From contig CAWEYG010000003.1 in assembly GCA_963813155.1 (NCBI GenBank), forward strand, positions 160,001-224,000: a DNA stretch of 64,000 bases, given 5' to 3'. The notes beneath the pieces were generated by a model, which ran no database searches, was not told the DNA's origin, and saw nothing but the letters and a program-made list of their open reading frames with translations. Made by a program: the position numbers and the translations under genes. Position 1 is the stretch's first letter; each line of letters begins with the position of its first letter. Shown here piece by piece: positions 28,159 to 39,152 of the stretch. This stretch comes from an uncultured Acidobacteriota bacterium (GTDB lineage Bacteria; Acidobacteriota; Thermoanaerobaculia; UBA5066; DATFVB01).

Positions 28159-29642
28159 TGGTATCCGCCGAAAATCAAAACTGGATCGGGGGCCGCCGGG
28201 TCGCCTCCGCTTCCGGGAAGACCTTCGAGAATCGCAACCCGGCCGACCGCGACGACCTGATCGGGGTCTACCAGAAGTCGAACGCGAAAGACGTGGATGC
28301 CGCCGTCGCTGCCGCGAAGAAGGCCTACCGCGACTGGCGCCTGACCCCCGCTCCGAAACGCGCCGAGTACCTCTACGCCGCGGGCGACGTGCTCAAGCGG
28401 CGCAAGGAAGAGATCAGCCGGATCATGACCCGCGAGATGGGCAAGGTGCTCGCGGAGACGCGGGGCGACGTGCAGGAAGCGATCGACATGGCCTTTCTCG
28501 CCGCCGGCGAGGGGCGGCGCCTGTTCGGCGTGACCGCTCCGTCCGAGCTGAAGAACAAGTGGGCGATGGCGACGCGCGAGCCCGTCGGCGTGTGCGGGTT
28601 CATCACGCCGTGGAACTTTCCGATCGCGATTCCCGCCTGGAAATCGATGGCGGCGCTCATCTGCGGCAACACCGTCGTCATCAAGCCCGCCACGGACACC
28701 CCCGCCTCCGTCCTCGAGCTCGCGAAGGTGTTCGAGGAGGCTGGCCTGCCCGAAGGGGTTTTCAACGTCGTCACGGGAACGGGATCTGAAGTCGGGGACC
28801 CGCTCGTTCACCACCCGGACGTCCGGGTCGTCTCCTTCACCGGCTCGACGTCGGTCGGAAAGGCGATCGGCGTGGAGTGCGCGAAGCAGAATAAGCGCTT
28901 CCACCTGGAGATGGGCGGCAAGAACGCGATCCTGATCCTCGACGACGCGGACGTGGACCTCGCGGTCGACGGCGCGCTGTGGGGGGCGTTCGGCACGACG
29001 GGCCAGCGCTGCACGGCGTCGTCCCGGCTTCTCGTTCACAAGGACGTCCTCAAGTCTTTCGAAGAGAAGTTCGTCGCCCGCGCGAAGGCCCTGCGCGTCG
29101 GAAACGGATTGGCGGAGGGGATTGACATGGGCCCCTGCGTGTCCGAATCGCAGCGAGAAACGGTTGCGCGCTACGTCGAGATCGGGAAGGGCGAGGGCAA
29201 GCTGCTCGCCGGCGGAAAGAAGCTGACCGACGGCGCCTGGTCGAAGGGCTGGTTCCACGAACCGACGGTCTTCGAGGCCAAGCGCGACGCGCGGATCTCC
29301 TGCGAGGAGATCTTCGGCCCGGTGACGACGATCATCCCGATCGGTTCTCTCGAGGAAGGGATCGACGTCGCGAACGGCGTGGCCTACGGCCTGTCGGGCT
29401 CGATCTACACGCAGGACGTCAACAAGGCGTTCACGGCGATTCGCGATTTCGAAACGGGGCTCTTCTACGTGAACGCCGCGACGATCGGCGCGGAAGTCCA
29501 CCTGCCGTTCGGCGGGATGAAAGACACGGGCAACGGCCACCGCGAGGCCGGCATCGCGGGGATCGACGTCTTCACGGAATGGAAATCGATCTACGTCGAC
29601 TTTTCGGGAAAACTCCAGCGAGCGCAGATCGACAACAACTAG
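28158..29642 (+). CDS. Aldehyde dehydrogenase
   Basis: [35 protein letters not shown]. Confidence 0.97.
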   Translation: MVSAENQNWIGGRRVASASGKTFENRNPADRDDLIGVYQKSNAKDVDAAVAAAKKAYRDWRLTPAPKRAEYLYAAGDVLKRRKEEISRIMTREMGKVLAETRGDVQEAIDMAFLAAGEGRRLFGVTAPSELKNKWAMATREPVGVCGFITPWNFPIAIPAWKSMAALICGNTVVIKPATDTPASVLELAKVFEEAGLPEGVFNVVTGTGSEVGDPLVHHPDVRVVSFTGSTSVGKAIGVECAKQNKRFHLEMGGKNAILILDDADVDLAVDGALWGAFGTTGQRCTASSRLLVHKDVLKSFEEKFVARAKALRVGNGLAEGIDMGPCVSESQRETVARYVEIGKGEGKLLAGGKKLTDGAWSKGWFHEPTVFEAKRDARISCEEIFGPVTTIIPIGSLEEGIDVANGVAYGLSGSIYTQDVNKAFTAIRDFETGLFYVNAATIGAEVHLPFGGMKDTGNGHREAGIAGIDVFTEWKSIYVDFSGKLQRAQIDNN

Positions 29643-29653
29643 GAGAGCGCCCC

Positions 29654-30766
29654 ATGATCGTCGGCCTTCCGAAGGAGATCAAGAACAACGAAAACCGTGT
29701 CGGCCTCGTGCCGGCCGGAGTCGCCGCGCTCACGAAGGCGGGGCACGAGGTGCTCGTCGAGAAGGGCGCGGGAGTCGGATCGGGAATCGAGGACGAGGAA
29801 TACCTTCACGCCGGCGGCAAAATCGTCCCCTCGGCCGACGACGTTTTTTCCCGGGCGGACATGATCGTCAAGGTGAAGGAGCCGATCGAGCCCGAATACG
29901 CGCGCATGCGGCCGGGCCAGATTCTCTACACCTATCTGCATCTCGCGCCCGCGGGCAAGCTCACCGACGTTCTCCTCGAGCGGCAGGTCACCGGCGTCGC
30001 GTACGAGACGATCACGGGGCGAAACGGGAGCCTGCCTCTCCTCACTCCGATGTCGGAGGTCGCCGGGCGGATGTCGGTTCACGTCGGCGCGTACTACCTG
30101 CAGAAATCCAACGGCGGGCGCGGCGTTCTTCTCTCCGGAGTTCCGGGAGTTCCGCCGGCCGACGTCGTCATTCTCGGGGGAGGCGTCGTCGGCACGAACG
30201 CCGCGAAGATCGCGGCCGGCATGGGCGCCGACGTCACGATTCTCGAAATGTCCCCCGACCGCATGCGCGAGCTCGACGACATCTTCATGGGCCGCGTCAA
30301 GACCGTCGCTTCGAATCCCGTCACGCTCGAAGAGGGCTGCCGCCGGGCGGATCTCCTGATCGGGGCCGTGCTGATTCCGGGCGCGGCGGCTCCGAAACTG
30401 GTGACGCGCGACCTCATCGCGAAGATGAAGAAGGGCTCTGTCGCCGTCGACGTCGCGGTCGACCAGGGCGGCTGTTTCGAGACGACGCACGCGACGACGC
30501 ATTCGGATCCCGTGTACACGGTCGACGGGGTGATCCACTACTGCGTCGCGAACATGCCGGGCGCCGTCGCGCGAACCTCGACGTTCGCGCTTACGAACTC
30601 GACGCTTCGCTACGCGCTGGAGCTCGCGAGCAAAGGCTTCGCGAAGGCCGTCAAGGAAAACGCGCATCTCGCGGCGGGCGTCAACACGTACAAGGGAAAG
30701 CTCACGTACGAAGCGGTCGCGATCGCCCAGAACAAGCCGTTCGTCCCGCTCGAAAAACTTCTGTAA
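29654..30766 (+). CDS. ald: Alanine dehydrogenase
   Basis: [35 protein letters not shown]; AGGAG RBS. Confidence 0.97.
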   Translation: MIVGLPKEIKNNENRVGLVPAGVAALTKAGHEVLVEKGAGVGSGIEDEEYLHAGGKIVPSADDVFSRADMIVKVKEPIEPEYARMRPGQILYTYLHLAPAGKLTDVLLERQVTGVAYETITGRNGSLPLLTPMSEVAGRMSVHVGAYYLQKSNGGRGVLLSGVPGVPPADVVILGGGVVGTNAAKIAAGMGADVTILEMSPDRMRELDDIFMGRVKTVASNPVTLEEGCRRADLLIGAVLIPGAAAPKLVTRDLIAKMKKGSVAVDVAVDQGGCFETTHATTHSDPVYTVDGVIHYCVANMPGAVARTSTFALTNSTLRYALELASKGFAKAVKENAHLAAGVNTYKGKLTYEAVAIAQNKPFVPLEKLL

Positions 30767-30787
30767 ATCCGGATTGCGAGCCGGTCG

Positions 30788-31759
30788 TCAGCCGGAGACC
30801 CGCGCCACGAGCGCCGTCAGGTCCTCCGGCCAGGGCGCTTCGACGGTCACGAGCTTCTGCGTCGCCGGGTGATGGAACGTGATTTTCTCGGCGTGGAGCG
30901 CCTGCCGGGGAAACGCGAGCAGAGCCTTTTTCAACTCGGCGTCCTTGATCTGGGGATAACGCGGCCTTCCATAGACCGGGTCGCCGACGACGGGGCAGCC
31001 GATCGACGCCAGATGGACCCGGATCTGGTGCGTGCGGCCGGTGATCAGCTGCAGCCGCAGGAGCGAGAGGTCGAGGGCCGGCCACTCCTTCTCGATCGCG
31101 TACATCGTGCGCGCCTCGCGGATCGACGGGGGAGCGGCAGTCTTGAACCCCTTCATCTTCTTGCGGTCTTTCGGGTCGCGCCCGATCGCGAGCGCGATCT
31201 CGCCCTTCCGCAGCTTCGGCCTTCCGGCTGCGAGAGCGACGTATTCCTTCCGAACCGACCTCTTCTTCATCTGGCGGGAGAGCGACTCGTGCGCGCGATC
31301 GGTCTTCGCGACGATCAGGACGCCGGACGTGTCGCGGTCCAGGCGATGGACGATGCCGGGCCGCTCTTCTCCGGAGATTCCCGGGAGGGCCCTCCCGCAG
31401 TGGTGGAGGATCGCGTTGACGAGCGTGCCCGACGCGTGCCCGGGAGCCGGGTGGACGACGAGGCCGGGAGGCTTGTTGAGGACGAGCAGGTCCGCGTCCT
31501 CGAGGAGGACGTCGAGCGGAATGTCCTCCCCGAGGTGCTGCGTCTTCGCCGGCTCGTCCGGAAGGCGGACCTCGATCGTCTGGCCCTCCTCCGTCGTGCG
31601 GGAGTTGCGGCGCTCGACGCCGGCGTCGATGGAAACGGCGCCCTCTTCGATCAGCTTCTGGATCCGGGAGCGCGAAAGGTCGCCGCACGCGGCGGCGAGG
31701 AATTTGTCGAGTCGTCTTCGCGCGGAGGCCGGGCCAACGGAAAATCGCCGGCTGGCCAT
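30788..31759 (-). CDS. rluD: RluA/RluD pseudouridine synthase
   Basis: S4 domain, RPGIVHRLDRDTSG, TGRTHQIRVH. Confidence 0.92.
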   Translation of the reverse strand: MASRRFSVGPASARRRLDKFLAAACGDLSRSRIQKLIEEGAVSIDAGVERRNSRTTEEGQTIEVRLPDEPAKTQHLGEDIPLDVLLEDADLLVLNKPPGLVVHPAPGHASGTLVNAILHHCGRALPGISGEERPGIVHRLDRDTSGVLIVAKTDRAHESLSRQMKKRSVRKEYVALAAGRPKLRKGEIALAIGRDPKDRKKMKGFKTAAPPSIREARTMYAIEKEWPALDLSLLRLQLITGRTHQIRVHLASIGCPVVGDPVYGRPRYPQIKDAELKKALLAFPRQALHAEKITFHHPATQKLVTVEAPWPEDLTALVARVSG

Positions 31760-31763
31760 TCTT

Positions 31764-32558
31764 CTACGCGGGTTGGGGGCGACGGGCGGCCCTTCGCGAG
31801 AGGACCCAGAGCATCACGGCGGAAAGGATCGCGAGGAGAGCGCCGATGAACTGGGCGGTCGAGAGGACCCCCGGGATGACGAAGCCCCGAACGAGGTCGC
31901 CGCGAAACTCCTCGATCACGCCGCGCGTGATCGCGTAGCCCAGAACGTAGATCCAGAAGACCTGGCCGTGGAATTTCTTGTGGCGATACACGTACTCGCA
32001 CACGAGGAAAAGGAGAAGGGCGTTGAGCGAAAGGTAGATCTGCGTCGGATGGAGCGGGACGTTCAAGGGCGTTCCCACCGCCTCGTGGGCGAACGGGTTC
32101 GTGAACGTGATCGCCCACGGCACGTGCGTCGGCTTCCCGTAGCAGCAACCCGCCGAGAAGCAGCCCCAACGGCCGATCGCCTCGCCGAGCGCGATCGACG
32201 GCGCCGCGATGTCGGTGACGCGCCAGACGGGGAGGCCGTGCTTCCGGATGTACCAGATTCCCACGATGCTCGCCGCGATGAAGCCGCCCTGGAAAACGCC
32301 GCCCGAGCGGATGAGCTCGAGGGCCGCGCGGGGCTCCGCGACGTAGTCTTTGAAATCGACGATCGCGAGCAGGAGTTTCGACCCGAGAATCGCCGCCGCC
32401 AGGATCGCGATCGAGAGATCGGCGATCTCGTTCTTCGGAAGGCCCTCGCGCTCGGCTTTGCGCGTCAGCAGCCAGATGCCGACGAGGTAGGCGATCGCGA
32501 GCATGACGCCGTACGTCGGAAGGTAGAAGCTGCCGATCTCGAAGATTTTCGGATGCAT
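31764..32558 (-). CDS. lgt: Prolipoprotein diacylglyceryl transferase
   Basis: MHPKIF...YGVM, IGRWGCFSAGCCYG, HPTQIY. Confidence 0.95.
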   Translation of the reverse strand: MHPKIFEIGSFYLPTYGVMLAIAYLVGIWLLTRKAEREGLPKNEIADLSIAILAAAILGSKLLLAIVDFKDYVAEPRAALELIRSGGVFQGGFIAASIVGIWYIRKHGLPVWRVTDIAAPSIALGEAIGRWGCFSAGCCYGKPTHVPWAITFTNPFAHEAVGTPLNVPLHPTQIYLSLNALLLFLVCEYVYRHKKFHGQVFWIYVLGYAITRGVIEEFRGDLVRGFVIPGVLSTAQFIGALLAILSAVMLWVLSRRAARRPQPA

Positions 32559-33082
32559 CAGGAAGCGGCCGGCGGCGCGGGCTCGGGCGCCTTCTGCCGG
32601 AGCATGTCGAGAGCGAGCAGCCCGACGCCCACGCAGATCGCGGAATCCGCGACGTTGAACGCCGGCCAGTAGTGGCCGCCGACGCCGAAGAGCAGGAAGT
32701 CCACGACGTAGCCGAACCGGACCCGGTCGACGAGGTTCCCGACCGCCCCGCCGAGCACGAGCGCGAGGCCCATCTGCAGCCGCACGCTCTTGAAGTGGGA
32801 CCGGAAGGCGTAAAAGCTGACGGCGAGAAACGCGGCGACGGCGACGCTGTTCAGGAAGATCGACTTGAACACGGATTCGAAATTCGCGAACAGGCCGAAC
32901 GCCGCCCCGGAGTTCCGGACGAACGTGAGGAGGAAGAACTGTCCGAGCACCTCCCGCGATTCGTGGGGGGCGAACGCGCGGGTGACGACGCCCTTGCTCC
33001 ACTGGTCGAGGAAAAGGATCGCGACCGAGACGAGGAGGTAGGCGGACCGGTACAGCGTGCGCTGGGAGAGGACGCGGTTCAC
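32558..33082 (-). CDS. lspA: Lipoprotein signal peptidase
   Basis: LDQWSK, NSGAAFG, GNLVDR, VVDF, FNVADSAI. Confidence 0.95.
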   Translation of the reverse strand: MNRVLSQRTLYRSAYLLVSVAILFLDQWSKGVVTRAFAPHESREVLGQFFLLTFVRNSGAAFGLFANFESVFKSIFLNSVAVAAFLAVSFYAFRSHFKSVRLQMGLALVLGGAVGNLVDRVRFGYVVDFLLFGVGGHYWPAFNVADSAICVGVGLLALDMLRQKAPEPAPPAAS

Positions 33083-36019
33083 GAGGCCGGAACTCCCATT
33101 TCCGAGAGCACCCGGCGGCACCGGTCGCAGAGGCCGCCGTCGGCGGCTTCCCGGGCGATTTTCCAGCAGCGCGCGCACTTCGATCCTTCGGCTTTCCGGA
33201 ACCGGATCGAGACGCCGGGATAGGCGGCCGAAGGGACCGCCGAGGAGTCCTCGCCGGCCGTCATCGGGGCGACCTCCGAAACGATGAAGAAGTCCGCGAA
33301 GTCCGATCCCCAGCCCGCCGCCTCTCGATCCCGGTCCAGTCCCGGATCGGGCGAGAAATCCAGGGCGGCTTCGAGAGAAGACCCGATCACGCGTTCCTTC
33401 CGTTTGTCTTCGAGAATTTTCGTCGCTTCCTCGCGGAGCTTCAAGAGCCGGCCCCAGGCTTCTTCCGCTTCGGGCGAGAGCAGACCGCCGGCTTCCGTCT
33501 CCCAGCGGCCAAAACGCTCGAGGTGAACCGATTCTTCCCGCTTTCCGGGAAGGGTCTCGTAGATCTCCTCGGCGGTGAAGGGAAGAACGGTTGCGGTGAG
33601 GATCGCGAGGAGGCGCCCGATCCGATAGAGAGCAGTCTGCGCGGATCGCCGCTCGGGCGACGCGGCGGCCGAGGCATAGAGGCGGTCTTTCAGCACGTCG
33701 AGGTAGAACGAGGACATCGAAACGACGCAGAAGTCGTGAATCGCTCGCACCCCCATGTGGAATTCGAACGCGTCGAACGAGGCCCGGACCCTTCGCTCGA
33801 GCTCCGCGGCCCGGGCGGCGGCCCACTGGTCGAGCGGCCGAAGCGAGGCGTCCGGCAGCGAGTCGCGCTCCGGATCGAAGTCGAACAGGTTCGAAAGCAG
33901 GTAGCGCGCGGTGTTGCGGATCTTTCGATAGGCGTCCGAGTTGCGGGCGAGGATCTCGGGCGAGAGCGGCTGATCCTCGCGGTAGTCCTGCCCGAGGACC
34001 CAGAGTCGGAGGATGTCCGCGCCGTCTTTCGCGACGATGTCCTGCGGTGCGATGACATTGCCGAGCGACTTCGACATTTTCCGGCCCTGCCCGTCGACGA
34101 CGAACCCGTGCGTGATCACCGTGCCGAACGGGGCCTTCCCGTTCTCCAGAGCGACGGACGTCAGCAGCGAGGACTGGAACCATCCGCGGTGCTGGTCGTG
34201 GCCTTCGACGTAGACGTCGGCGGGCCAGGAGAGCTCCGGCCAGACGCCGGACTTCAGGACCGCCTCGTGCGAGACGCCGGAGTCGAACCAGACGTCGAGG
34301 ATGTCCCGCTCCTTTTCCCAGCTCCCGCCGCAGGAGTGCGCGGGAGAAGCGCCGGCGGGCAGGAACGCGGACGGCGGGAACGACGCATCGTCGAACCACG
34401 CGTCGGCGCCGTGCTCGCGGAAAATGTCGGCGACCCGCCGGAAGAACGCGTCGCGGGAAGCGGAGTCCCGTCCCTCGGGGTCGGGGAAGAGCTCGCGGCA
34501 CTTCTCGCAGCGCAGCACCGTGATCGGCGAGCCCCATCGTCGCTGGCGGGAGACACACCATTCGTGGCGGTTCGCCACCATCCCGCCGATCCTTTCCTTG
34601 CCCCAGGCGGGGATCCAGCGAACACGCTCGATCGCCTCCGCGGCGCGCTCGCGGATGTTGTCGCCGCCGCGCTCGAGGTCGATGAACCACTGTTCGGTCG
34701 CGCGGAAGATCACCGGGTTGTGGCAACGCCAGCAGTGCGGGTACTCGTGGCGGAAATGCTTGTCCTCATGGACGAGAGCGCCCGCTGACTTCGAGGTCCT
34801 TCACGATTTCCACGTTCGCCTCGAGGACTTTTTTGCCGGCGTACTTCTGAACCTCGTCCGTGAAACGACCCGCGGCGTCGACGGGCGACAGCACCGGAAG
34901 ACCTTCCCGTTGTCCCGTGCGGAAGTCGTCTTCTCCGTGGCCCGGGGCGGTGTGGACGAGACCGGTCCCCGTGTCCATCGTGACGTAGTCGGCCGCAACG
35001 ATTCGGAAAATCTCCGAGCCGTCTTTCGGCTTGCCGCGAGCTTCGGCAGGAAGGGGATGTTCGTACCGGAGACCGACGAGTCGAGCGCCGCTCACGGTCG
35101 CGAGGGCGCCGATCCCCGTCGCCGCGTCCCAGTTCAGCAGACGACGGATCGATTCCCGAAGTTTCTCCGCGACGACCCAGAGCCGTCCCTGAGCGGGGAG
35201 AAGCGTGTATTGCTCGTCCGGATGCACCGCGATCGCGAGGTTCGACGGAATCGTCCACGGCGTTGTCGTCCAGATGATCGCGTAGGGTCCGGCGAGCGGT
35301 CCCGATTGGCCGACCTGCTGCTCGTCGACACCAAAGGCATTCAGGATAGCCGCGCGATCCGAGAATTTGAACGCGACGTAAATCGCCGGGTCGTGCTGGT
35401 CCTCGTATTCGAGCTCCGCCTCCGCGAGCGCGGTCCGGTCGGTGAAACACCAGCGGACGGACTTGAGGGCCTTGTAGGCGAGCCCCTTCGCGTAGAAGTC
35501 GCCGAAGCACCGCGCGATATCGGCTTCGTACGCGTACGCCATCGTCTCGTAGGGCCGGTCCCACTCGGCGAACACGCCGAGGCGCTTGAACTCGGCTCTC
35601 TGGATGTCGATGAACCGTTGCGCGTACTCGCGGCAGGCGCGCCGGATTTCGAGGTCGCTCATGTCGCGCTTCTTCGCGCCGAGCTCCTTGTCGACCTGGC
35701 GCTCGATCGGCAGCCCGTGGCAGTCCCAGCCCGGAACGAAAGGCGCGTCGCGGCCCTCCATCATGCGGGAGCGGACGACCGCGTCCTTGACGATCTTGTT
35801 GAGGGCCGTTCCGAGATGGATGTGGCCGTTCGCGTAGGGTGGGCCGTCGTGGAAGATGAACTTCGGGGACCCCTTCGCCTTCTCGCGGATCTTCTTCTGG
35901 AGGCCGATCTTCGCCCAGGATTCGAGCCTCGCCGGCTCTCGCGTGGCGAGGTCGGCCTTCATCGGAAAAGCCGTCGACGGCAGGTTCATCGTCGACTTGT
36001 AGTCGCGGGATTCAGTCAT
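33079..36019 (-). CDS. ileS: Isoleucyl-tRNA synthetase; one frameshift near 34770-34790
   Basis: HDGPPYANGHIH, GWDCHGLP, KMSKS, C-terminal CARCW; two ORF halves. Confidence 0.95.
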
Positions 36020-36051
36020 GTAAGTCGCTCAAACAGCGAAACATAACATAA

Positions 36052-36447
36052 TCATCGAGGATGGCAAAGCAGCGCGACGACGGCGGCGGCCATCTGGCCG
36101 GTGTGGGTGATCGTGACCTCCGCCTGAAAGACTCCCATCGACTCGGCGCGGGCTTTCGCCTTGCCGGTGAAGAGGAGCGTCGGCTTGCCCGACCTCTCGC
36201 GCCCGACGACGATGTCGCGGAACCCGAGGCCGCGCCACCCCGTGCCGAGCGCCTTCATCCCGGCCTCCTTCGCGGCGAAACGGCCGGCGACGTGCTGGGC
36301 GAAGGCTTCCGGGTGAACGCGGCGGGTCGAGAGCTCGCCGTCGACGAAAATGCGGGACAGGAAGCGGTCGCCCCAGCGGCCGATCGCGGCGGAGATCCTC
36401 GGGACCTCCGCGAGGTCCAGGCCCAGGAAGAGAACGGGATCGCTCAC
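36052..36447 (-). CDS. acpS: Holo-ACP synthase
   Basis: GLDLAEVPRI, AGRFAAKEAGMKALGTG, TITH. Confidence 0.93.
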   Translation of the reverse strand: MSDPVLFLGLDLAEVPRISAAIGRWGDRFLSRIFVDGELSTRRVHPEAFAQHVAGRFAAKEAGMKALGTGWRGLGFRDIVVGRERSGKPTLLFTGKAKARAESMGVFQAEVTITHTGQMAAAVVALLCHPR

Positions 36448-37061
36448 GGCGATCCCATCGCTCGCATCGCTTCGACCTCCGCGGCCGGATCGTCGGACGT
36501 TTCGAAGGCGCGGATCGCGGCGACTCCGCTGAATCGGCCGCGAAAGGGCGCGATCTCCTCGAGGCGGGTTCGATCGATGCCGCCGACGAGGAAGAGCTCC
36601 GTTCCCTCGGGAGGCTGCTCCGGCAGGTCGTCCAGGACTTTCGGGGAAAGGGGAGGCCCGAACTGCGCTTTCGACGGCGTCTCGAAGATCGGGCCGAGGA
36701 GGACGAGATCCGCGCCCTGTTCGAACGCCGCGCTCACCGACGCCGCCGAGTGCGTTGAGCGGCCGATGACGAATCCCCGGGGCGTCTCGCGGCGAACGGG
36801 CGCGATCGGGAGGCCGGCCTCGGGCAGGATCACTCCGGCGGCGCCCGCCGCGAGCGCGAGGTCGAAGCGGCCGTTCGCGAGGACGCGCGAGCCCGCAAGA
36901 GCGTCCACCGCGCGCCGAAGGAGCCGCGTGACCGCGCGGTCCGAGGCCTCTTTGTCGCGCACCTCGACATAGTCGGGGCGTCCGGGCGCGACGCGCGCGA
37001 GAAACCGATCGAATTTCTCCTCGGAAGCGGTCGAGTCGCCGGTGATGCACATCACTTTCAT
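36444..37061 (-). CDS. thiE: Thiamine phosphate synthase / TenI family
   Basis: GRSTHS, GPIFETPSK, VGGID. Confidence 0.75.
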   Translation of the reverse strand: MKVMCITGDSTASEEKFDRFLARVAPGRPDYVEVRDKEASDRAVTRLLRRAVDALAGSRVLANGRFDLALAAGAAGVILPEAGLPIAPVRRETPRGFVIGRSTHSAASVSAAFEQGADLVLLGPIFETPSKAQFGPPLSPKVLDDLPEQPPEGTELFLVGGIDRTRLEEIAPFRGRFSGVAAIRAFETSDDPAAEVEAMRAMGSP

Positions 37062-37077
37062 TCGTCGCACATCACCT

Positions 37078-37320
37078 TCACTCTTCTGCGGCTCCTTCGG
37101 AGCGGTGATCGGCGGAAACCCGCCGGAAGAGAAGGCGAAAATCATTGATCCCGGCGACGAGATGGAGAATCCCGATCCCGGAGACGAACCCGCGCAGGTA
37201 GGGCGAGGCCGGGCCCGAGTCGGGCGCCCAGGGGCGAAGAAGCAGGTACATTCCGATTCCCGTGCAATAAAACACGAACAGGATGCTCCCGCCGTACTCT
37301 CTCCACTGTTCGCCCTTCAC
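37078..37320 (-). CDS. Small membrane protein
   Basis: ILFVFYCTGIGMYLLLRPW...RGFVSGIGILHL. Confidence 0.6.
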   Translation of the reverse strand: MKGEQWREYGGSILFVFYCTGIGMYLLLRPWAPDSGPASPYLRGFVSGIGILHLVAGINDFRLLFRRVSADHRSEGAAEE

Positions 37321-37371
37321 GATCGCCCGCCATTGTAGCGGATGGGGTTCGGGCCATAATCTCGCGACGAG

Positions 37372-38115
37372 ATGAAGAAACCCCCGTCGTTCGTCGTGTC
37401 CGGTCCGCTCGAGCCCGGCGGCCTCGTGAGCCTCGCGGACGAAGAGCGGCGGCATGCGCGCGCTCGGCGCCTGCGTCCCGGCGCGGTCGTCCGGCTCGTC
37501 GACGGCGAGGGCTCCGTCGGAACCGGAACGATCGAACGGTTCGACCGCTCGGCCCTCGAGGTGCGCGTGGATGAAATCCGCACGGACCCGGTTGCCGCGT
37601 TCTCGATCCTGGTTCTCGCGCCGGTGCTGCGGGCATCGAGGCTGTCGTGGCTCGTCGAGAAAGCGACCGAGCTCGGCGCGTCGAAGATCGTCCTCGTGGA
37701 GTCGGCGCGCGCCCAGGGCGATCGCGCGGAGGACGCGCAGAGAGACGGCGGGCGGCTCGGCCGGATCGCCCGCGAAGCCGCGAAGCAGTGCGGGCGGACG
37801 TCGTTTCCCTCGATCGAGGGCCCCGTTTCGTTCGCCGAGGCCTCCCTCCTGCCGGCCGGCCGCCGGCTGCTGCTCGATCCTTCCGGCGACCCGTTCCCTC
37901 CGTCGCTCTCCGGAGAGAGCATTGCTCTCTGGGCGGGCCCGGAAGGGGGCTTCACCGCCGCGGAGCTCGCCGCCGCGGTCGGCGCGGGATGGGAAAGAGT
38001 GCGCCTCGCCGGGTCCGTTCTGCGCGCGGAAACCGCCGTCCTCGCCGCGCTCGCGCTGGCCGCTCGAGCGATTGACAGCGCCGCCGGGCGGGCGGACAAT
38101 AGTCCGACACCGTAA
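37372..38115 (+). CDS. rsmE: 16S rRNA m3U1498 methyltransferase
   Basis: EKATELG, EAAKQCGR, GPEGGF, LRAETA. Confidence 0.93.
   Translation: MKKPPSFVVSGPLEPGGLVSLADEERRHARARRLRPGAVVRLVDGEGSVGTGTIERFDRSALEVRVDEIRTDPVAAFSILVLAPVLRASRLSWLVEKATELGASKIVLVESARAQGDRAEDAQRDGGRLGRIAREAAKQCGRTSFPSIEGPVSFAEASLLPAGRRLLLDPSGDPFPPSLSGESIALWAGPEGGFTAAELAAAVGAGWERVRLAGSVLRAETAVLAALALAARAIDSAAGRADNSPTP
38072..38100 (+). promoter_or_regulatory. Putative sigma70 promoter for ilvE inside the rsmE 3' end
   Basis: TTGACA-17 bp-GACAAT. Confidence 0.5.
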
Positions 38116-38138
38116 AGCTCCGAACGAGGAGGCGCCCG

Positions 38139-39110
38139 ATGGCATTCGAGGACGTCAAGAAGGTCTGGATGAACGGAAAGTTCGTGGACTACAAGGACGC
38201 GACCGTCCACGTCTTCTCGCACGTCATCCACTACGGATCCGGCGTTTTCGAAGGGACGCGGTGCTACAAGACGCCGCGGGGGCCCGCCGTCTTTCGCCTG
38301 GCGGACCACACCGACCGCCTGTACGCCTCGGCGAAGATCTACCGGATGGAGATTCCGTACGAAAAGGCGCAGTTCAACGAAGCCATCCTGGAGACGATCC
38401 GGGTCAACGAGTTCGAGGAGTGCTACATCCGCCCGGTCGCCTACCGGGGACACGGAACGCTCGGCGTGAATCCTTTCAATTCCCCGATCGACGTCGTGAT
38501 CGGAGTCTGGAAGTGGGGCAAGTACCTCGGTCCCGAGGCGCTCGAAAAGGGAGTCGACGTTTGCGTCTCGTCGTGGAACCGGATGGCGCCGAATACGTTC
38601 CCCGCGATGGCGAAAGCGACGGCGAACTACATGAACTCCCAGCTCATCAAGATGGAGGCGCTGACGAACGGGTACGTCGAAGGGATCGGCCTTTCGAGGG
38701 ATGGCACCGTCGCGGAGGGAAGCGGCGAGAACATTTTCGTCGTCTGGCGCGACCGCGTGATCACGCCGCCGACCGCGAGCGCGGGGCTTCCGGGCATCAC
38801 CCGTTCGACGGTGCTCGAGCTCGCGCGGGAGTGCGGGTTCGACGTCGTCGAGCAGCAGATTCCGCGGGAGCTCCTCTACATCGCCGACGAAGTGTTCTTC
38901 TGCGGCACGGCCTCGGAAATCACGCCGATCCGCTCCGTCGACCGGATTTCGATCGGCAACGGGGCGCGGGGCCCCGTCGTCGAGCGGCTCCAGAAGGAAT
39001 TCTTCGCCATCGTCGAGGGCCGCGTGCCCGACCGGCACGGCTGGCTGACGCCCGTCGAGGTTTCGGTGGAAGCGGGGATCGCTGCGGGGATGGCGGCGGG
39101 CAAAGCCTAG
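38139..39110 (+). CDS. ilvE: Branched-chain amino acid aminotransferase
   Basis: HYGSGVFEG, AEGSGENIF, LPGITR, GTASEITP. Confidence 0.96.
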   Translation: MAFEDVKKVWMNGKFVDYKDATVHVFSHVIHYGSGVFEGTRCYKTPRGPAVFRLADHTDRLYASAKIYRMEIPYEKAQFNEAILETIRVNEFEECYIRPVAYRGHGTLGVNPFNSPIDVVIGVWKWGKYLGPEALEKGVDVCVSSWNRMAPNTFPAMAKATANYMNSQLIKMEALTNGYVEGIGLSRDGTVAEGSGENIFVVWRDRVITPPTASAGLPGITRSTVLELARECGFDVVEQQIPRELLYIADEVFFCGTASEITPIRSVDRISIGNGARGPVVERLQKEFFAIVEGRVPDRHGWLTPVEVSVEAGIAAGMAAGKA

Positions 39111-39152
39111 GGGCCCCCCGGGCCGCGAGGCGGGCAAGAAAGGGCGGTTTCC